Positions 32,285 to 42,125 of a DNA stretch of 64,000 bases are shown piece after piece. Source of the DNA: an uncultured bacterium (GTDB lineage Bacteria; Cyanobacteriota; Cyanobacteriia; PCC-6307; Cyanobiaceae); NCBI GenBank assembly GCA_942491175.1, contig CALNZO010000012.1:57521-121520 (forward strand), written 5' to 3'. A program made the position numbers and the translations under genes. The stretch's first letter is position 1; each line of letters begins with the position of its first letter. The notes under the pieces were generated by a model. That model was given only the letters and a program-made list of their open reading frames with translations. It was not told where the DNA came from and searched no databases.

Positions 32285-32773
32285 ATGAAGACTCCCCTCA
32301 CCGAGGCCGTCGCAGCCGCTGATTCCCAGGGCCGCTTCCTCAGCAACACCGAGCTCAACGCCGCCTTCGGCCGCTTCGAGCGCGCCAAGAACGCCCTCGA
32401 GGCCGCCAAGGCCCTCACCGCCAAGGCCGACGAGCTGGTCAACGGCGCTGCCCAGGCCGTGTACAACAAGTACCCCTACACCACCCAGCAGCAGGGCAGC
32501 AACTTCGCCTCCGACGCCCGCGGCAAGGCCAAGTGCGCCCGTGACATCGGTTACTACCTCCGTCACATCACCTACTCCCTGGTCGCCGGCGGCACCGGCC
32601 CCCTCGATGAGTACCTGATCGCCGGTCTCGACGAGATCAACCGCGCCTTCGAACTGTCCCCCTCCTGGTACGTCGAGGCTCTCACCTACATCAAGAACAA
32701 CCACGGTGTCTCCGGCGACCCCGGTGTCATCGCCAACAACTACATCGACTACGCCATCAACGCCCTCGTCTGA
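32285..32773 (+). CDS. cpcA: C-phycocyanin alpha subunit, copy 2
   Basis: Protein identical to 29782-30270. Confidence 0.98.
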   Translation: MKTPLTEAVAAADSQGRFLSNTELNAAFGRFERAKNALEAAKALTAKADELVNGAAQAVYNKYPYTTQQQGSNFASDARGKAKCARDIGYYLRHITYSLVAGGTGPLDEYLIAGLDEINRAFELSPSWYVEALTYIKNNHGVSGDPGVIANNYIDYAINALV

Positions 32774-32796
32774 GTCGCGCCGGTTCGTCGTTGCCC

Positions 32797-32823
32797 GGGG
32801 CCCCGCATGGGGCCCTTTTTTTT
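32797..32823 (+). terminator. intrinsic terminator after cpcA copy 2
   Basis: GGGGCCCC-GCAT-GGGGCCC followed by T8. Confidence 0.85.
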
Positions 32824-32930
32824 GGCCCCTATGGAGGAAGCGGGCTGTCGAACGGATCGGCAGTCCCAATTGTCACGGCCCCCTTCCGCCGGGGCCGGAG
32901 GGCCGGGCCCGGTGTCAACATCATCTGGCG

Positions 32931-33797
32931 ATGTCCCCTTCCCACCCATCGATGGCGGTCGCCGATCCCCCCACCGACCTGCCCCCCGGCGCCGGAGAGC
33001 CGATCAGCGAGGAGGAGGCCCTGCGGCGCCTGCGCCAGAGCGACGACCAGTCGCATCAGTATTACGCCGCCTGGTGGCTCGGAAGAATGCGCAGCCGCCA
33101 TCCCGAGGCGGTGCCCCTGCTGCGGCTGGCCCTGCGGCAGCGGCAGCCACGGCTGGAGGCCGCCGGCGTGGAGCACAACGCCGTGGCCCGCAACGCCGCC
33201 CGGGCCCTGGGCAAACTGAACGATCCAGCCGCGATCCCCGACCTGCTTGCCGCTCTGGAGGACGGGGACGACGGCCTGCGGGAAGCGGCGGCCCGCTCCC
33301 TGGGAGAACTGAAGGCCCAGGAGGCGGTTGCCCCGCTCTGCAGGAGGCTGGCCAGCGGCCCCGAGGGGGCCGGCGCCCCCCGGGAGAACAGCCCCAAGCT
33401 GCGCGAGCCCTGCGAGGCCCTGATCGAGGCCCTCGGCGACATCGGCCTGGCCACCCCCCCCGGAGAGAACACTCCGGTGGCCGCGGTGATCGAACCCTTC
33501 ACCGGCCACGGGCGACCCCTGATCCGCTCCGCGGCCGCCCGGGCCCTGCTCCAGCTGACGGCGGAACCCCGCTGGGGGGAGCTGCTGCTGGAACTGCTGG
33601 GCCATCCCCAACTGCAGGTGCGGCGTGCCGCCCTGATGGATCTGGGCGCCGTGGGCTGGCGACCGGCCCTCGAACCGATCCGCCGCACCCTGGCCGAAAA
33701 CAGCCTCAAGTTGATTGCCCTGCGGGGGCTGGTGGAGCATGGCAGCGGTGAACCGGAAGCCGAGCGGGTGCTGGCCGTCATGGACGAACTGCTGTGA
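32931..33797 (+). CDS. cpcE: phycocyanin alpha-subunit phycocyanobilin lyase CpcE
   Basis: YYAAWWLG, RNAARALGKL, HEAT repeats, RRAALMDLGA, AENSLKLIAL, MDELL; start may be the next ATG. Confidence 0.93.
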   Translation: MSPSHPSMAVADPPTDLPPGAGEPISEEEALRRLRQSDDQSHQYYAAWWLGRMRSRHPEAVPLLRLALRQRQPRLEAAGVEHNAVARNAARALGKLNDPAAIPDLLAALEDGDDGLREAAARSLGELKAQEAVAPLCRRLASGPEGAGAPRENSPKLREPCEALIEALGDIGLATPPGENTPVAAVIEPFTGHGRPLIRSAAARALLQLTAEPRWGELLLELLGHPQLQVRRAALMDLGAVGWRPALEPIRRTLAENSLKLIALRGLVEHGSGEPEAERVLAVMDELL

Positions 33798-34447
33798 CGA
33801 CCCTCGACCTGCGGGAGCTGGTAGCCGCCGTGGAGAAAGCCGACACGGCCCAGGAGCTGCTCGCGGCCACCCGGATGCTGGCCGGGGCTGCCGGGCCCGG
33901 GGCCGATCCCGTGGGGATCTCCTGCCTGGTTCAGGTGCTGGGCTTCAACAACCCCGGGGCCGCCGTCGCCGCCGTGGACGGGCTGGTCGCCGTCGGGGCG
34001 GACGCCGTGGAGCCTTTGCTGCAGGGCCTTGACGAGCACAACTACGGCGCCAGGGCCTGGGCCGTCCGGGCCCTGGCCGGCATCGGCGACGTGAGGGGCC
34101 TGAGCCTGCTGGAGGGAGCCCTGGGACAGGACATCGGGCCCAGCGTGCGCCGCGCCGCTGCCCGGGGTCTTGGCCAGCTTCGGCTCGGAAGCCTGCCCAG
34201 CTCGCAGCGCCAAAGCGTGCGGGACCGCTGTCTGGTGGCCCTGGAGAGCGGCCGTGGGGACGGGGAATGGGTGGTGCGCTACGCCGTGGCCGTGGCCCTG
34301 GAGGGGCTCGGGACCAACCTGGAAGACCCGGAGACCCTCGGGCGGGTCATGGAGAGCCTGAGGATCCTGGGCCATCCGCAGCACGAACCGACGCCGGTGG
34401 TTCAGCTGCGAGCCAGCCTGGCGCTCGGGCGGCTGGGGGAGCCATGA
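33794..34447 (+). CDS. cpcF: phycocyanin alpha-subunit phycocyanobilin lyase CpcF
   Basis: LGFNNPGAAVAAVDGL, NYGARAWAVRALA, SVRRAAARGLG, EWVVRYA. Confidence 0.93.
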   Translation: MTTLDLRELVAAVEKADTAQELLAATRMLAGAAGPGADPVGISCLVQVLGFNNPGAAVAAVDGLVAVGADAVEPLLQGLDEHNYGARAWAVRALAGIGDVRGLSLLEGALGQDIGPSVRRAAARGLGQLRLGSLPSSQRQSVRDRCLVALESGRGDGEWVVRYAVAVALEGLGTNLEDPETLGRVMESLRILGHPQHEPTPVVQLRASLALGRLGEP

Positions 34448-34986
34448 CAGCGCCAGGGCCCATCCCACCGGCCAGCGGCCCCCATGGGAGCGCGGAGCGC
34501 CCGATCGGCGTTCTGTTCGTCTGCCTGGGCAACATCTGCCGTTCCCCGGCCGCCGAGGGGGTGTTCCTGCATCTGATCAGGCGCCAGGGCCTGGAGCAGG
34601 CCTTCCAGGTGGACTCCGCCGGCACCGGCGACTGGCATGTGGGCCGGCCCGCCGACGCCCGCATGCGCAGCGCCGCAGGGCGAAGGGGCATCGTGCTGCC
34701 CAGCCGGGCACGACAGATCACCGCCGACGACCTGAACCGCTTCAACCACGTGCTCACGATGGACCGGCAGAATCTGCGGGCCGTGCGGGCCCTGGCCAGG
34801 CCCGGAGCGGCCATCGCCAGGATCGGCCCGCTCACCCGCCACTGCCGGCGGTTCAGCGTCGAAGAGGTGCCTGACCCGTATTACGGCGGAGAGGAGGGCT
34901 TCGATCAGGTGCTGGATCTGCTGGAAGACGCCTGCGAGGGCCTGCTGGAGACCCTGAAGGCCGAAACCATGGGCGCTGGACCTTAG
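34444..34986 (+). CDS. ptpA: low-molecular-weight protein tyrosine phosphatase
   Basis: VLFVCLGNICRSPAAE, DSAGT, VPDPYYGG. Confidence 0.95.
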   Translation: MTAPGPIPPASGPHGSAERPIGVLFVCLGNICRSPAAEGVFLHLIRRQGLEQAFQVDSAGTGDWHVGRPADARMRSAAGRRGIVLPSRARQITADDLNRFNHVLTMDRQNLRAVRALARPGAAIARIGPLTRHCRRFSVEEVPDPYYGGEEGFDQVLDLLEDACEGLLETLKAETMGAGP

Positions 34987-36554
34987 GCGGACGGGGGCGG
35001 GGGACCGGGCCAGGCGTCTTCCGGAACCCGTTCGCGGAACAGATCCACCAGGCGCTGGATCACGGCGTCGATGGCCAGGCTGTCGGTGACCAGCTCCACC
35101 GCATCAGCCGCCTGCCGGAGGGGCGCCACGGCGCGGCTGGAGTCGAGGTGGTCCCGCTCGGCGATCTGGGCCTCCAGTTCCGCCAGAGCCGGCACCGGGA
35201 ACCCGCGCTGCTCCAGATCCGCCGCCCGGCGCCGGGCCCGCTCCGTCACCGTGGCCGTCAGGAACACCTTGCACTCGGCATCCGGGAAGACAGCCGTGCC
35301 GATGTCGCGCCCCTCGGCCACCAGACCGCCCCGCTGGCCCATGGCCTGCTGCTGACGGGTGAGGGCTTCCCGCACGCAGGCGTGGGCGGCCACGGTGGAC
35401 ACCAGGGCGGTGACCTCCGGGCTGCGGATGGCTTCGCTCACCTCATGGCCGTTGACCCGAACACTCTGCTCGCCTCCGGCCTCGCCGACCAGCTGCAGAT
35501 CGAGCCCCTCCAGCAGCGGGGCCACGGCGGCGGGATCGGCCGGGTCCACGCCCCGGTGGCGCACCCACCAGGTGAGGGCCCTGTACATGGCTCCGGTGTC
35601 CAGATAGAGCAGGCCCATGCGCCGGGCGAAGGCGCGGGTGACCGTGCTCTTCCCCGCTCCGGCGGGACCATCGATGGCGACGATCGGTGAGCGGCTCATC
35701 AGAAAGACATGGTCGATCAGGCGGGTGCTGCCGCAGCGGACTGAGACAGCCAGCAGGGACAGGCCATCGGCGTTGGCAACCGGCCTCAGGGTAAAGGGCT
35801 GCACCAGCTGCGCATAGTCCACGGCCAGCCCTGCCTCCTCCAGGCCCTGGCGCGCCTTAGCGATGAGTGGCGCGGCGCTGGCTGTGCCAACCCGCCAGAG
35901 GTCGGCGGCTGCAGCCAGGGCGGCCGGCAGGAGCGCAGCCTGGAGGCGCTCCTCCTTCGACAGATAGCGATGACGGGAACTGCAGGCCAGCCCGTCGGCC
36001 TCCCTCACGGTGCCGCAGCCCTGAACCGTCAGCGGCAGAGCAAGGTCGGCCACCACGCGGCGGAGGATGACCAGTTGTTGCCAGTCCTTCTCCCCCAGCA
36101 GGAAGCGATCCGGCCTCACCAGGGCCAGCAACAGGCAGACCACCGTCGCCACGCCCTCGAAATGCCCGGGCCGGCCTGGGCCGCAGAGGGTCTGGAGGAG
36201 ATCGGACGGTGGCCTCACGCGGGTGATCGCCCCATCGCCGCCAGGAAATAGTTCCTGCGGGGAAGGGGCGAAGAGAGCATCGGCACCGGCGGCCTCCGCC
36301 AGGGCCGCATCGGCAGCGAGGTCGCGGGGATAGCGAGCAAAATCCTCGCCAGGACCGAACTGCAGCGGATTGACGAAGATGCTGAGCAGAACCCTGGGTC
36401 GACCGGTCGGCACGGGCTCAGCAGCTCTGGACAGGAGCTGGCGGTGACCCGCGTGCAGGCTGCCCATGGTGGGCACGAAATGGAGCGGCCGGTCGGGCGT
36501 ATCACGCCGCCATGCGGCTAACTCGGCACGGGTCTGAAGCAATCGCACCGGCAC
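34983..36554 (-). CDS. panC/cmk: bifunctional pantoate-beta-alanine ligase / cytidylate kinase
   Basis: FVPTMGSLHAGH, FVNPLQF, GEKDWQQ, then IDGPAGAGKST, LDTGAMYR, EGRDIGT. Confidence 0.96.
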   Translation of the reverse strand: MPVRLLQTRAELAAWRRDTPDRPLHFVPTMGSLHAGHRQLLSRAAEPVPTGRPRVLLSIFVNPLQFGPGEDFARYPRDLAADAALAEAAGADALFAPSPQELFPGGDGAITRVRPPSDLLQTLCGPGRPGHFEGVATVVCLLLALVRPDRFLLGEKDWQQLVILRRVVADLALPLTVQGCGTVREADGLACSSRHRYLSKEERLQAALLPAALAAAADLWRVGTASAAPLIAKARQGLEEAGLAVDYAQLVQPFTLRPVANADGLSLLAVSVRCGSTRLIDHVFLMSRSPIVAIDGPAGAGKSTVTRAFARRMGLLYLDTGAMYRALTWWVRHRGVDPADPAAVAPLLEGLDLQLVGEAGGEQSVRVNGHEVSEAIRSPEVTALVSTVAAHACVREALTRQQQAMGQRGGLVAEGRDIGTAVFPDAECKVFLTATVTERARRRAADLEQRGFPVPALAELEAQIAERDHLDSSRAVAPLRQAADAVELVTDSLAIDAVIQRLVDLFRERVPEDAWPGPPPPSA

Positions 36555-36595
36555 AGCGCAGGGGCACCCTTAGGGCAGGGAGGGCCCGGCCGGTG

Positions 36596-37087
36596 TCAGG
36601 GAAGCACCTCGAGCTTCACATCGGCAATCCCGCTGGCAGTGAGACCCAGAACGCGGGCGGCCCCATGGGCCAGATCGATGACCCGATTTCCGTGGAAGGG
36701 GCCACGATCATTGATGCGCACCACGGTGGACCGTCCGTTCCAGAGGTTGGTGACCCGCACCTTGGTGCCGAACGGCAGGGTGCGGTGGGCGGCGGTCATG
36801 GTGCCGGGACGGAACACCTCACCATTGGCGGTGCGGTTGCCGAAGAAGCCAGGACCGTACCAGCTGGCCTCGCCCGTGATGACCCGCCCGGAGGCGACCA
36901 GATTGCTCGCCAGAGGGACAGTGCGGATCTGATCGACGAACCTCTCCCAGCTGGACGGGTACTCGTCAGGGCGGATGGCTATGGAACTGCCTGCTGCCGG
37001 CATGGCCGTGAGGGAACCCGCCTGGGCCGGAGCGATGCTGCTGGAGAGAAGGAGGGCTGCGAGGCCCAGAAGGTGAGAGCTACGCAT
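36596..37087 (-). CDS. rlpA: RlpA-family lytic transglycosylase (DPBB domain)
   Basis: Signal peptide, GEASWYG, TANGE, TAAHRTLPFGT, VRINDRGPF, IDL. Confidence 0.93.
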   Translation of the reverse strand: MRSSHLLGLAALLLSSSIAPAQAGSLTAMPAAGSSIAIRPDEYPSSWERFVDQIRTVPLASNLVASGRVITGEASWYGPGFFGNRTANGEVFRPGTMTAAHRTLPFGTKVRVTNLWNGRSTVVRINDRGPFHGNRVIDLAHGAARVLGLTASGIADVKLEVLP

Positions 37088-37526
37088 GATGGTTGAAACA
37101 CGCTGGTTGGGAAGAAACGATCAGGCAGGACATGTCCTGACGCGTTGGTTCAGTTACCTGGAGCATCGAGAACCCGTAGGGGAGTTATGGGAACTGAAGT
37201 GCAGGAACCAAGGGAATGAATTGACCTGGCGCGTTCCTGACAGGAATTGACGACCCCAGAAAGTTATCCGAAGTGCACACAGGCAAATTGTGCTCAACAC
37301 CCAGCAATAGACCAATCAGATTTCATCATCTTTATCTCCAATCCAGTCGGCCACTGGGCCGAATGGCCCAGAGACACCATCAAGACATCAGCAGATTCAA
37401 TGCTTGTCATCAGTTGAGCTGATGGCAAAGTCGGCCAATCCTGCAATCGTCCATCTCCCCAGGCCTTCCGTGGGCCGTCATGGCCCCTTGCCGTTGCAGG
37501 ATCGGTGCTTCGCTGCCCCTTGGCCC

Positions 37527-38561
37527 ATGGACTACCGCTCCGCCGGCGTGGACGTGGCCGCAGGCCGCGCCTTTGTGGACCGCATCCGGGCCAGCGTCGA
37601 AACGACCCGCCGGAACGAGGTGATCGGTGGCCTGGGGGGCTTCGGAGGTCTCTGCCGGCTGCCTGCCGGCATGAAGCGCCCGTTGCTGGTGGCGGGAACC
37701 GACGGGGTGGGCACCAAGCTGGAACTGGCCCAGGCCCACCATGCCCACCACGGGGTGGGCATCGATCTGGTGGCGATGTGCGTCAACGACGTCATCACCA
37801 GCGGCGCGGAACCGCTCTTCTTCCTGGATTACATCGCCACGGGCAAGCTCGGGCCAGAGGCGATGGCGGAGGTGGTGGAAGGGATCGCTGCCGGCTGCCG
37901 CGAGAGTGGCTGCGCCCTTCTGGGGGGAGAAACCGCCGAGATGCCGGGCTTCTACGGTCCTGGCCGCTACGACCTGGCGGGATTCTGCGTCGCCGTGGTG
38001 GAGGAGGACGAACGGATCGACGGACGGCTGGTGGCGGCAGGCGATCGGATCGTGGCGGTGGCCAGCAGCGGTGTGCACAGCAACGGCTTCAGCCTGGTGC
38101 GACGCATCCTGGAGGCGGAGTCCGTCGACGCCGCCACGGTGCTGCCGGAGACCGGCGAGGGGATCATCGATGCCCTGCTGACCCCCACCCTTCTCTATGC
38201 CTCGCTGGTGAAAGGCCTGCGCGGGTCCGGACGTCCCATCCACGCCATGGCCCACATCACCGGCGGCGGCTTGCCCGAGAATCTCCCCCGCTGCCTGCCC
38301 CCTGGGGTCCATGCCGTGGTCGAGCCCGACAGCTGGGCCCGTCCGCCCCTGTTCCGCTGGCTGCAGGAACGGGGCCAGGTGCCCGAGGGTGATCTCTGGA
38401 ACACCTTCAATCTCGGGGTCGGTTTCTGCCTTGTGGTGCCCCCGGAAGCCCTGGCTGCGATCATCGACACCTGCCGGACCTCGGGCCATCAGGCCTGGGA
38501 GCTCGGCAGGATCGCGGCAGGCGATCCGGGCGAGCAGCCCTTAGCCGGATTGCCGTACTGA
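37527..38561 (+). CDS. purM: phosphoribosylformylglycinamidine cyclo-ligase
   Basis: [40 protein letters not shown]. Confidence 0.98.
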   Translation: MDYRSAGVDVAAGRAFVDRIRASVETTRRNEVIGGLGGFGGLCRLPAGMKRPLLVAGTDGVGTKLELAQAHHAHHGVGIDLVAMCVNDVITSGAEPLFFLDYIATGKLGPEAMAEVVEGIAAGCRESGCALLGGETAEMPGFYGPGRYDLAGFCVAVVEEDERIDGRLVAAGDRIVAVASSGVHSNGFSLVRRILEAESVDAATVLPETGEGIIDALLTPTLLYASLVKGLRGSGRPIHAMAHITGGGLPENLPRCLPPGVHAVVEPDSWARPPLFRWLQERGQVPEGDLWNTFNLGVGFCLVVPPEALAAIIDTCRTSGHQAWELGRIAAGDPGEQPLAGLPY

Positions 38562-38655
38562 CGAGGCTCTGGTCCTGCAGGGCCACCCTCCCTAAGGTCC
38601 AGTCCTTCATTGTCGCTACCAGCAGGCTCCCCTCCGGTCCAATGATTTCGTAGCC

Positions 38656-39318
38656 ATGTTCGATACCTCCCGACGCATCACCCGCCGCCGCAGTTCCGCC
38701 GGCCCGACCCCCCCGCAGCGCCCCCAGCAGCCCCGCCCCCGCCTGCGTGAGGGAGGGCCATCGGGCCAGAGGGAGGGCACCGGCGGTCAGCGGCCGACAT
38801 TCCTGACGCTGCGCGACCACGGCAAGGTTTACGTGGCCGACCTGCCCCGCCTTTCCGACGGCCAGCTCACCCACATCGCCAAGGAGGCCCAGGATGTCCT
38901 GGACAGCCTCAACCGACGCCTTCAGGAACTGGAGCAGCAGGGGTTCCTCAGCGAGGCGGATCAGGACACCCGCATCAGGGCCACCACCAAACGGGACATC
39001 ACCCAGCGCTTCCTCAGCTCCATCGCCCAGGAGCAGGACCTGAGGCGCTCCAACCCGGCCCTGCGGGCGGCGGCCGGTGAATCGCTTGCCCGCGCCTTTC
39101 TGGAACTGTCACGCCATCGCCTGCCCGGGGCCACGTTCGATTCCCTTCTCCAGGAAGCCCTCACCGCCTGCGGTCCCGGTGTCGATGGGGCCATGGGGGG
39201 CGAGGCGGCCGATCCCCAGGTGATCCGGCTGCTGCAGCGCACTGAAATGCCCCAGCCCCGGCCTGCCGCCCTGCCGGTGGTGCTCAGTCCCGACCCCACC
39301 CCGATCCTCAGGACCTGA
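38656..39318 (+). CDS. conserved hypothetical protein
   Basis: 220-aa ORF with host-like codon usage (PTFLTLRDHGKVYVADLPRLSDGQL); function not evident. Confidence 0.75.
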   Translation: MFDTSRRITRRRSSAGPTPPQRPQQPRPRLREGGPSGQREGTGGQRPTFLTLRDHGKVYVADLPRLSDGQLTHIAKEAQDVLDSLNRRLQELEQQGFLSEADQDTRIRATTKRDITQRFLSSIAQEQDLRRSNPALRAAAGESLARAFLELSRHRLPGATFDSLLQEALTACGPGVDGAMGGEAADPQVIRLLQRTEMPQPRPAALPVVLSPDPTPILRT

Positions 39319-39323
39319 ATTCC

Positions 39324-40325
39324 TCAGGCGCTCTGAAACGGGTTGGCTGGCATGCGCGATGGGCACTGCTGCGCCACACGATCCAGCTCCCGCCGTTCCT
39401 CCTCTGCCAGCCACCAGCCCGCCGCCGCCGCCGCCGCTTCCGCCTGCTCCACCCGGCGCATGCCCACCAGGGGGAGGGCACCGTGCGATCGACACCAGTT
39501 GATCGCCACCGCTGCCATCGAGGCGTCGTGGGCCTGAGCGATCCGCAGGGTGGTCTCCAGCAGCGGCTGGATCCCGGGCCGCAGCCGTCGGAACAGCAGG
39601 CCCCGCGGCCCTGGCGGCAGGGGCTCGCTCCCACCCGGCGCCTGGGTCAGCAGGCCCAGAGCCAGCGGGCTGTAGGCGATCAGATCGATGCCCAGCTCGC
39701 GGCAGACCCTCGCCACCCCCTCAGCCCCGATCGCATCGGGTGCCAGCAGGGAGAGCTGCACCTGGAGGCTGGCCAGGCGAAGGCCCCTACGGGCCAGCCG
39801 CCCATGGATCTGCCGCAGGCGGCGAGGCCCCAGGTTCGAGACCCCCAGACTCCCCACCCGGCCCTGTTCCACCAGGTCGGCCAGACCATCCAGCAGCGGC
39901 CCCTCCTGCCAGGGGGCGTAGCGTGACGTGCTCCAGTGCAGCTGCACCCGGTCAAGGTGGCCGGCCAGCCTGCGGCGGGACGCCTCGAAGGCCCGATCGA
40001 ACCCCCGGCGGCCCAGCCGCCAGGGGAAAGGCGCCAGCTTGGTGGCCACGGTGAGGCTCCGTCGCCGCAGCGGCGGCAAGGCATCGACGAAGCGGCCCAG
40101 CAGCGCTTCGCTGCGCCCACCGAAGCGGCCGGTGCCGTAGGAATCAGCTGTATCGAAAAAGCTCAGCCCCAGATCCACCGCCCGGCGGAAGCAGGCGGCC
40201 AGCTCCCCGTCCTGGCCCGGCTCGTAGCCCCAGAGGAACCGGTTCCCCCAGGCCCAGGTGCCGACGCCGACCCCGGGGACGCCCTTCGCCGAAGAGACAG
40301 GCAACATCGCTGGGGGTTCGGCCAC
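39324..40325 (-). CDS. aldo/keto reductase
   Basis: GVGTWAWG, FFDTADSYG, VATKL, QLHW, GVSN, IAYSPLALG. Confidence 0.93.
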   Translation of the reverse strand: MAEPPAMLPVSSAKGVPGVGVGTWAWGNRFLWGYEPGQDGELAACFRRAVDLGLSFFDTADSYGTGRFGGRSEALLGRFVDALPPLRRRSLTVATKLAPFPWRLGRRGFDRAFEASRRRLAGHLDRVQLHWSTSRYAPWQEGPLLDGLADLVEQGRVGSLGVSNLGPRRLRQIHGRLARRGLRLASLQVQLSLLAPDAIGAEGVARVCRELGIDLIAYSPLALGLLTQAPGGSEPLPPGPRGLLFRRLRPGIQPLLETTLRIAQAHDASMAAVAINWCRSHGALPLVGMRRVEQAEAAAAAAGWWLAEEERRELDRVAQQCPSRMPANPFQSA

Positions 40326-40555
40326 GGCGATCGCGCAGAGCTTGGTTGGTTGCCATGATCGAACGGACCCACCGTCCGGGGCCGCCCGATGACCATCCCC
40401 TCGGCCGAGCCACGGCCGTCCTGCAGCGAAGGCTCACCGGTCGTCCAGCCATCCCCGCAGGCCCCCCCGGCCGAGCGGGTGCTCTGTTCCCACTGCGGCA
40501 GGACCGCCAGCAACGGGATCAGCTGCCAGGGCATCTGCGTCGCCGACTCGGGCTA

Positions 40556-41086
40556 TTGAACCTCCGGCCTTTCCGCGTCCCCCGGACGGGGCCAGTACTT
40601 TTGATGGCCGCCGCCGTGCTGCTGGCCCCGCTGAGCGCCGGTGCGCTGCCCGGAGAGGATTTCGGCCGCTGGCAGCGCACCCTGCGGCGCTGCCGCATCC
40701 AGCGCGCACCGTCCGGTGGGTCTTCCGTGCCCCATGCCACCTGCCGGCTGCTGAGGCTGGATCAGCAGATGGAGGGCCTGCTCACCGTCCGTTTCGTGCG
40801 GCCCGACGGTGGAGGCGCCTTGCTTGATCGCCAGCTGGTCTTCGCCGGTGTGCTGGAGGAGGGGTCAGCCGGAATGCACTGCCGCCAGAGCCACTGCGAA
40901 CCGCGCTGGCCCCTGCAGATGCGGGTCAGCGCCGTGGGCCAGTCGGGTTTCAGAGCCATGACCTCGGCGATGCACCTGGCCCGGGCCCAGCTCGCCACAG
41001 GCCAGTGCCTGCTCGAGGCCCGGAAATTTCGCTGCGACGCCACCAGTGCCGAAGGGGATCTCTGGCTGGCGGAGGCCTCACCCTGA
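40556..41086 (+). CDS. hypothetical exported Cys-containing protein
   Basis: TTG 40556 precedes a signal-peptide-like segment (LLMAAAVLLAPLSAGA); six Cys; start uncertain. Confidence 0.6.
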   Translation: MNLRPFRVPRTGPVLLMAAAVLLAPLSAGALPGEDFGRWQRTLRRCRIQRAPSGGSSVPHATCRLLRLDQQMEGLLTVRFVRPDGGGALLDRQLVFAGVLEEGSAGMHCRQSHCEPRWPLQMRVSAVGQSGFRAMTSAMHLARAQLATGQCLLEARKFRCDATSAEGDLWLAEASP

Positions 41087-41094
41087 GAGGGCCG

Positions 41095-41277
41095 ATGCCC
41101 CAGCGACGGCGGGATGACGATCGACAACGATCGCCACGGACAGACGCATCTCCTTCAGATTCTCTTTATTATTGGGCCGTCCGGGAGAGTGTCTTGCCCC
41201 AAACCGCCTCGCTGCTGGCCCTGGTGGGCGTCGTGGGCTTTGCCCTGATCTCTGTTGTCTTCGGCGTCCTCCCCTGA
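41095..41277 (+). CDS. small hypothetical membrane protein (60 aa)
   Basis: ATG with GAGAGG RBS; C-terminal hydrophobic helix. Confidence 0.45.
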   Translation: MPQRRRDDDRQRSPRTDASPSDSLYYWAVRESVLPQTASLLALVGVVGFALISVVFGVLP

Positions 41278-41379
41278 GCGGAAGCTCCGCTGGCCTGGGG
41301 AACCCCGTCGCTAGGGTGCCACCTCTTCTGAGGGGCTCCGGGTGCGATGGCACGGGGTTGCCCCCATTTCCCATCCGGC

Positions 41380-41987
41380 ATGTCGACCAAGGAAGCCTTC
41401 ACCCGCATCTATCAGCACGACACCTGGGGGGGAGGATCAGGCCAGGGATCCAGGCCTGAGTTCAATGGTGAGTACATCGCCACCCTGCATCGCTTCCTGC
41501 AGCTCAATGACATCCGCAGCGTCGTCGATTTCGGTTGTGGTGACTGGCAGTTCTCCAGGCTGATTCACTGGGGTGACATCGCCTACACGGGGATCGACAT
41601 CGTCGATTCCGTGGTGGCCTCCAACCTCGACCAGCACGCCAGCGACACGATTCGCTTCCAGGTCTTCGACGGCCTGGCCAGTCTCCCTGCGGCCGATCTG
41701 CTGCTGGTCAAGGATGTGTTGCAGCATCTGCCCAATCCCTGGTGCAGGACTATCTGAACCACTTCAAGGCCAACTACCGCTGGTTGATCATCACCAACGA
41801 CGATCTGCCCCAATCGGATCTCAACCGGGAGATCACGGCAGGAGGATGGCGTCCGCTGCGGCTCGACCTGCCCCCCTTCGAGGAACGCTGCACCACCCTG
41901 GCCCAGTGGGTGGTCCTGACGGAGTCCTCGATGACCCTGCACAGAAAGCGCACCGAACTGATCCTCGGGCAAGGGACGCGTCAATAG
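41380..41987 (+). pseudogene. class I SAM-dependent methyltransferase, frameshifted near 41737-41739
   Basis: WGGGSGQGS, VVDFGCGDW, YTGIDIV, KDVLQHLP in one frame; continues as VQDYL...LIITND...GGWRPLRL..PPF in another frame. Confidence 0.8.
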
Positions 41988-42125
41988 AACTACGATCTGA
42001 CGGCGATCCCGCAGCTCAGCTCTGAGAAAAGCTGAGGGGAAGATGGCTTCGTTGCCCCTTCAGCACCAGGTCAGCAGGGCGTCAGCAGGGCATCAGAATC
42101 ACCTGCGTAGCCCGACAGCGAGCCG

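Larger units (their letters stand above)
31721..32825 (+). repeat. about 1.1-kb near-identical direct repeat, copy 2
   Basis: Matches 29218-30323. Confidence 0.95.

Noticed and set aside
34983-36554. panC-cmk fusion as a novelty
   Set aside because: This fusion is well known and widespread in cyanobacteria.
37187-37219. 10-codon ORF MGTEVQEPRE with a purine-rich upstream stretch
   Set aside because: The SD-like sequence is too close to the ATG, and the purine bias is explained by the pyrimidine-rich rlpA leader on the other strand.
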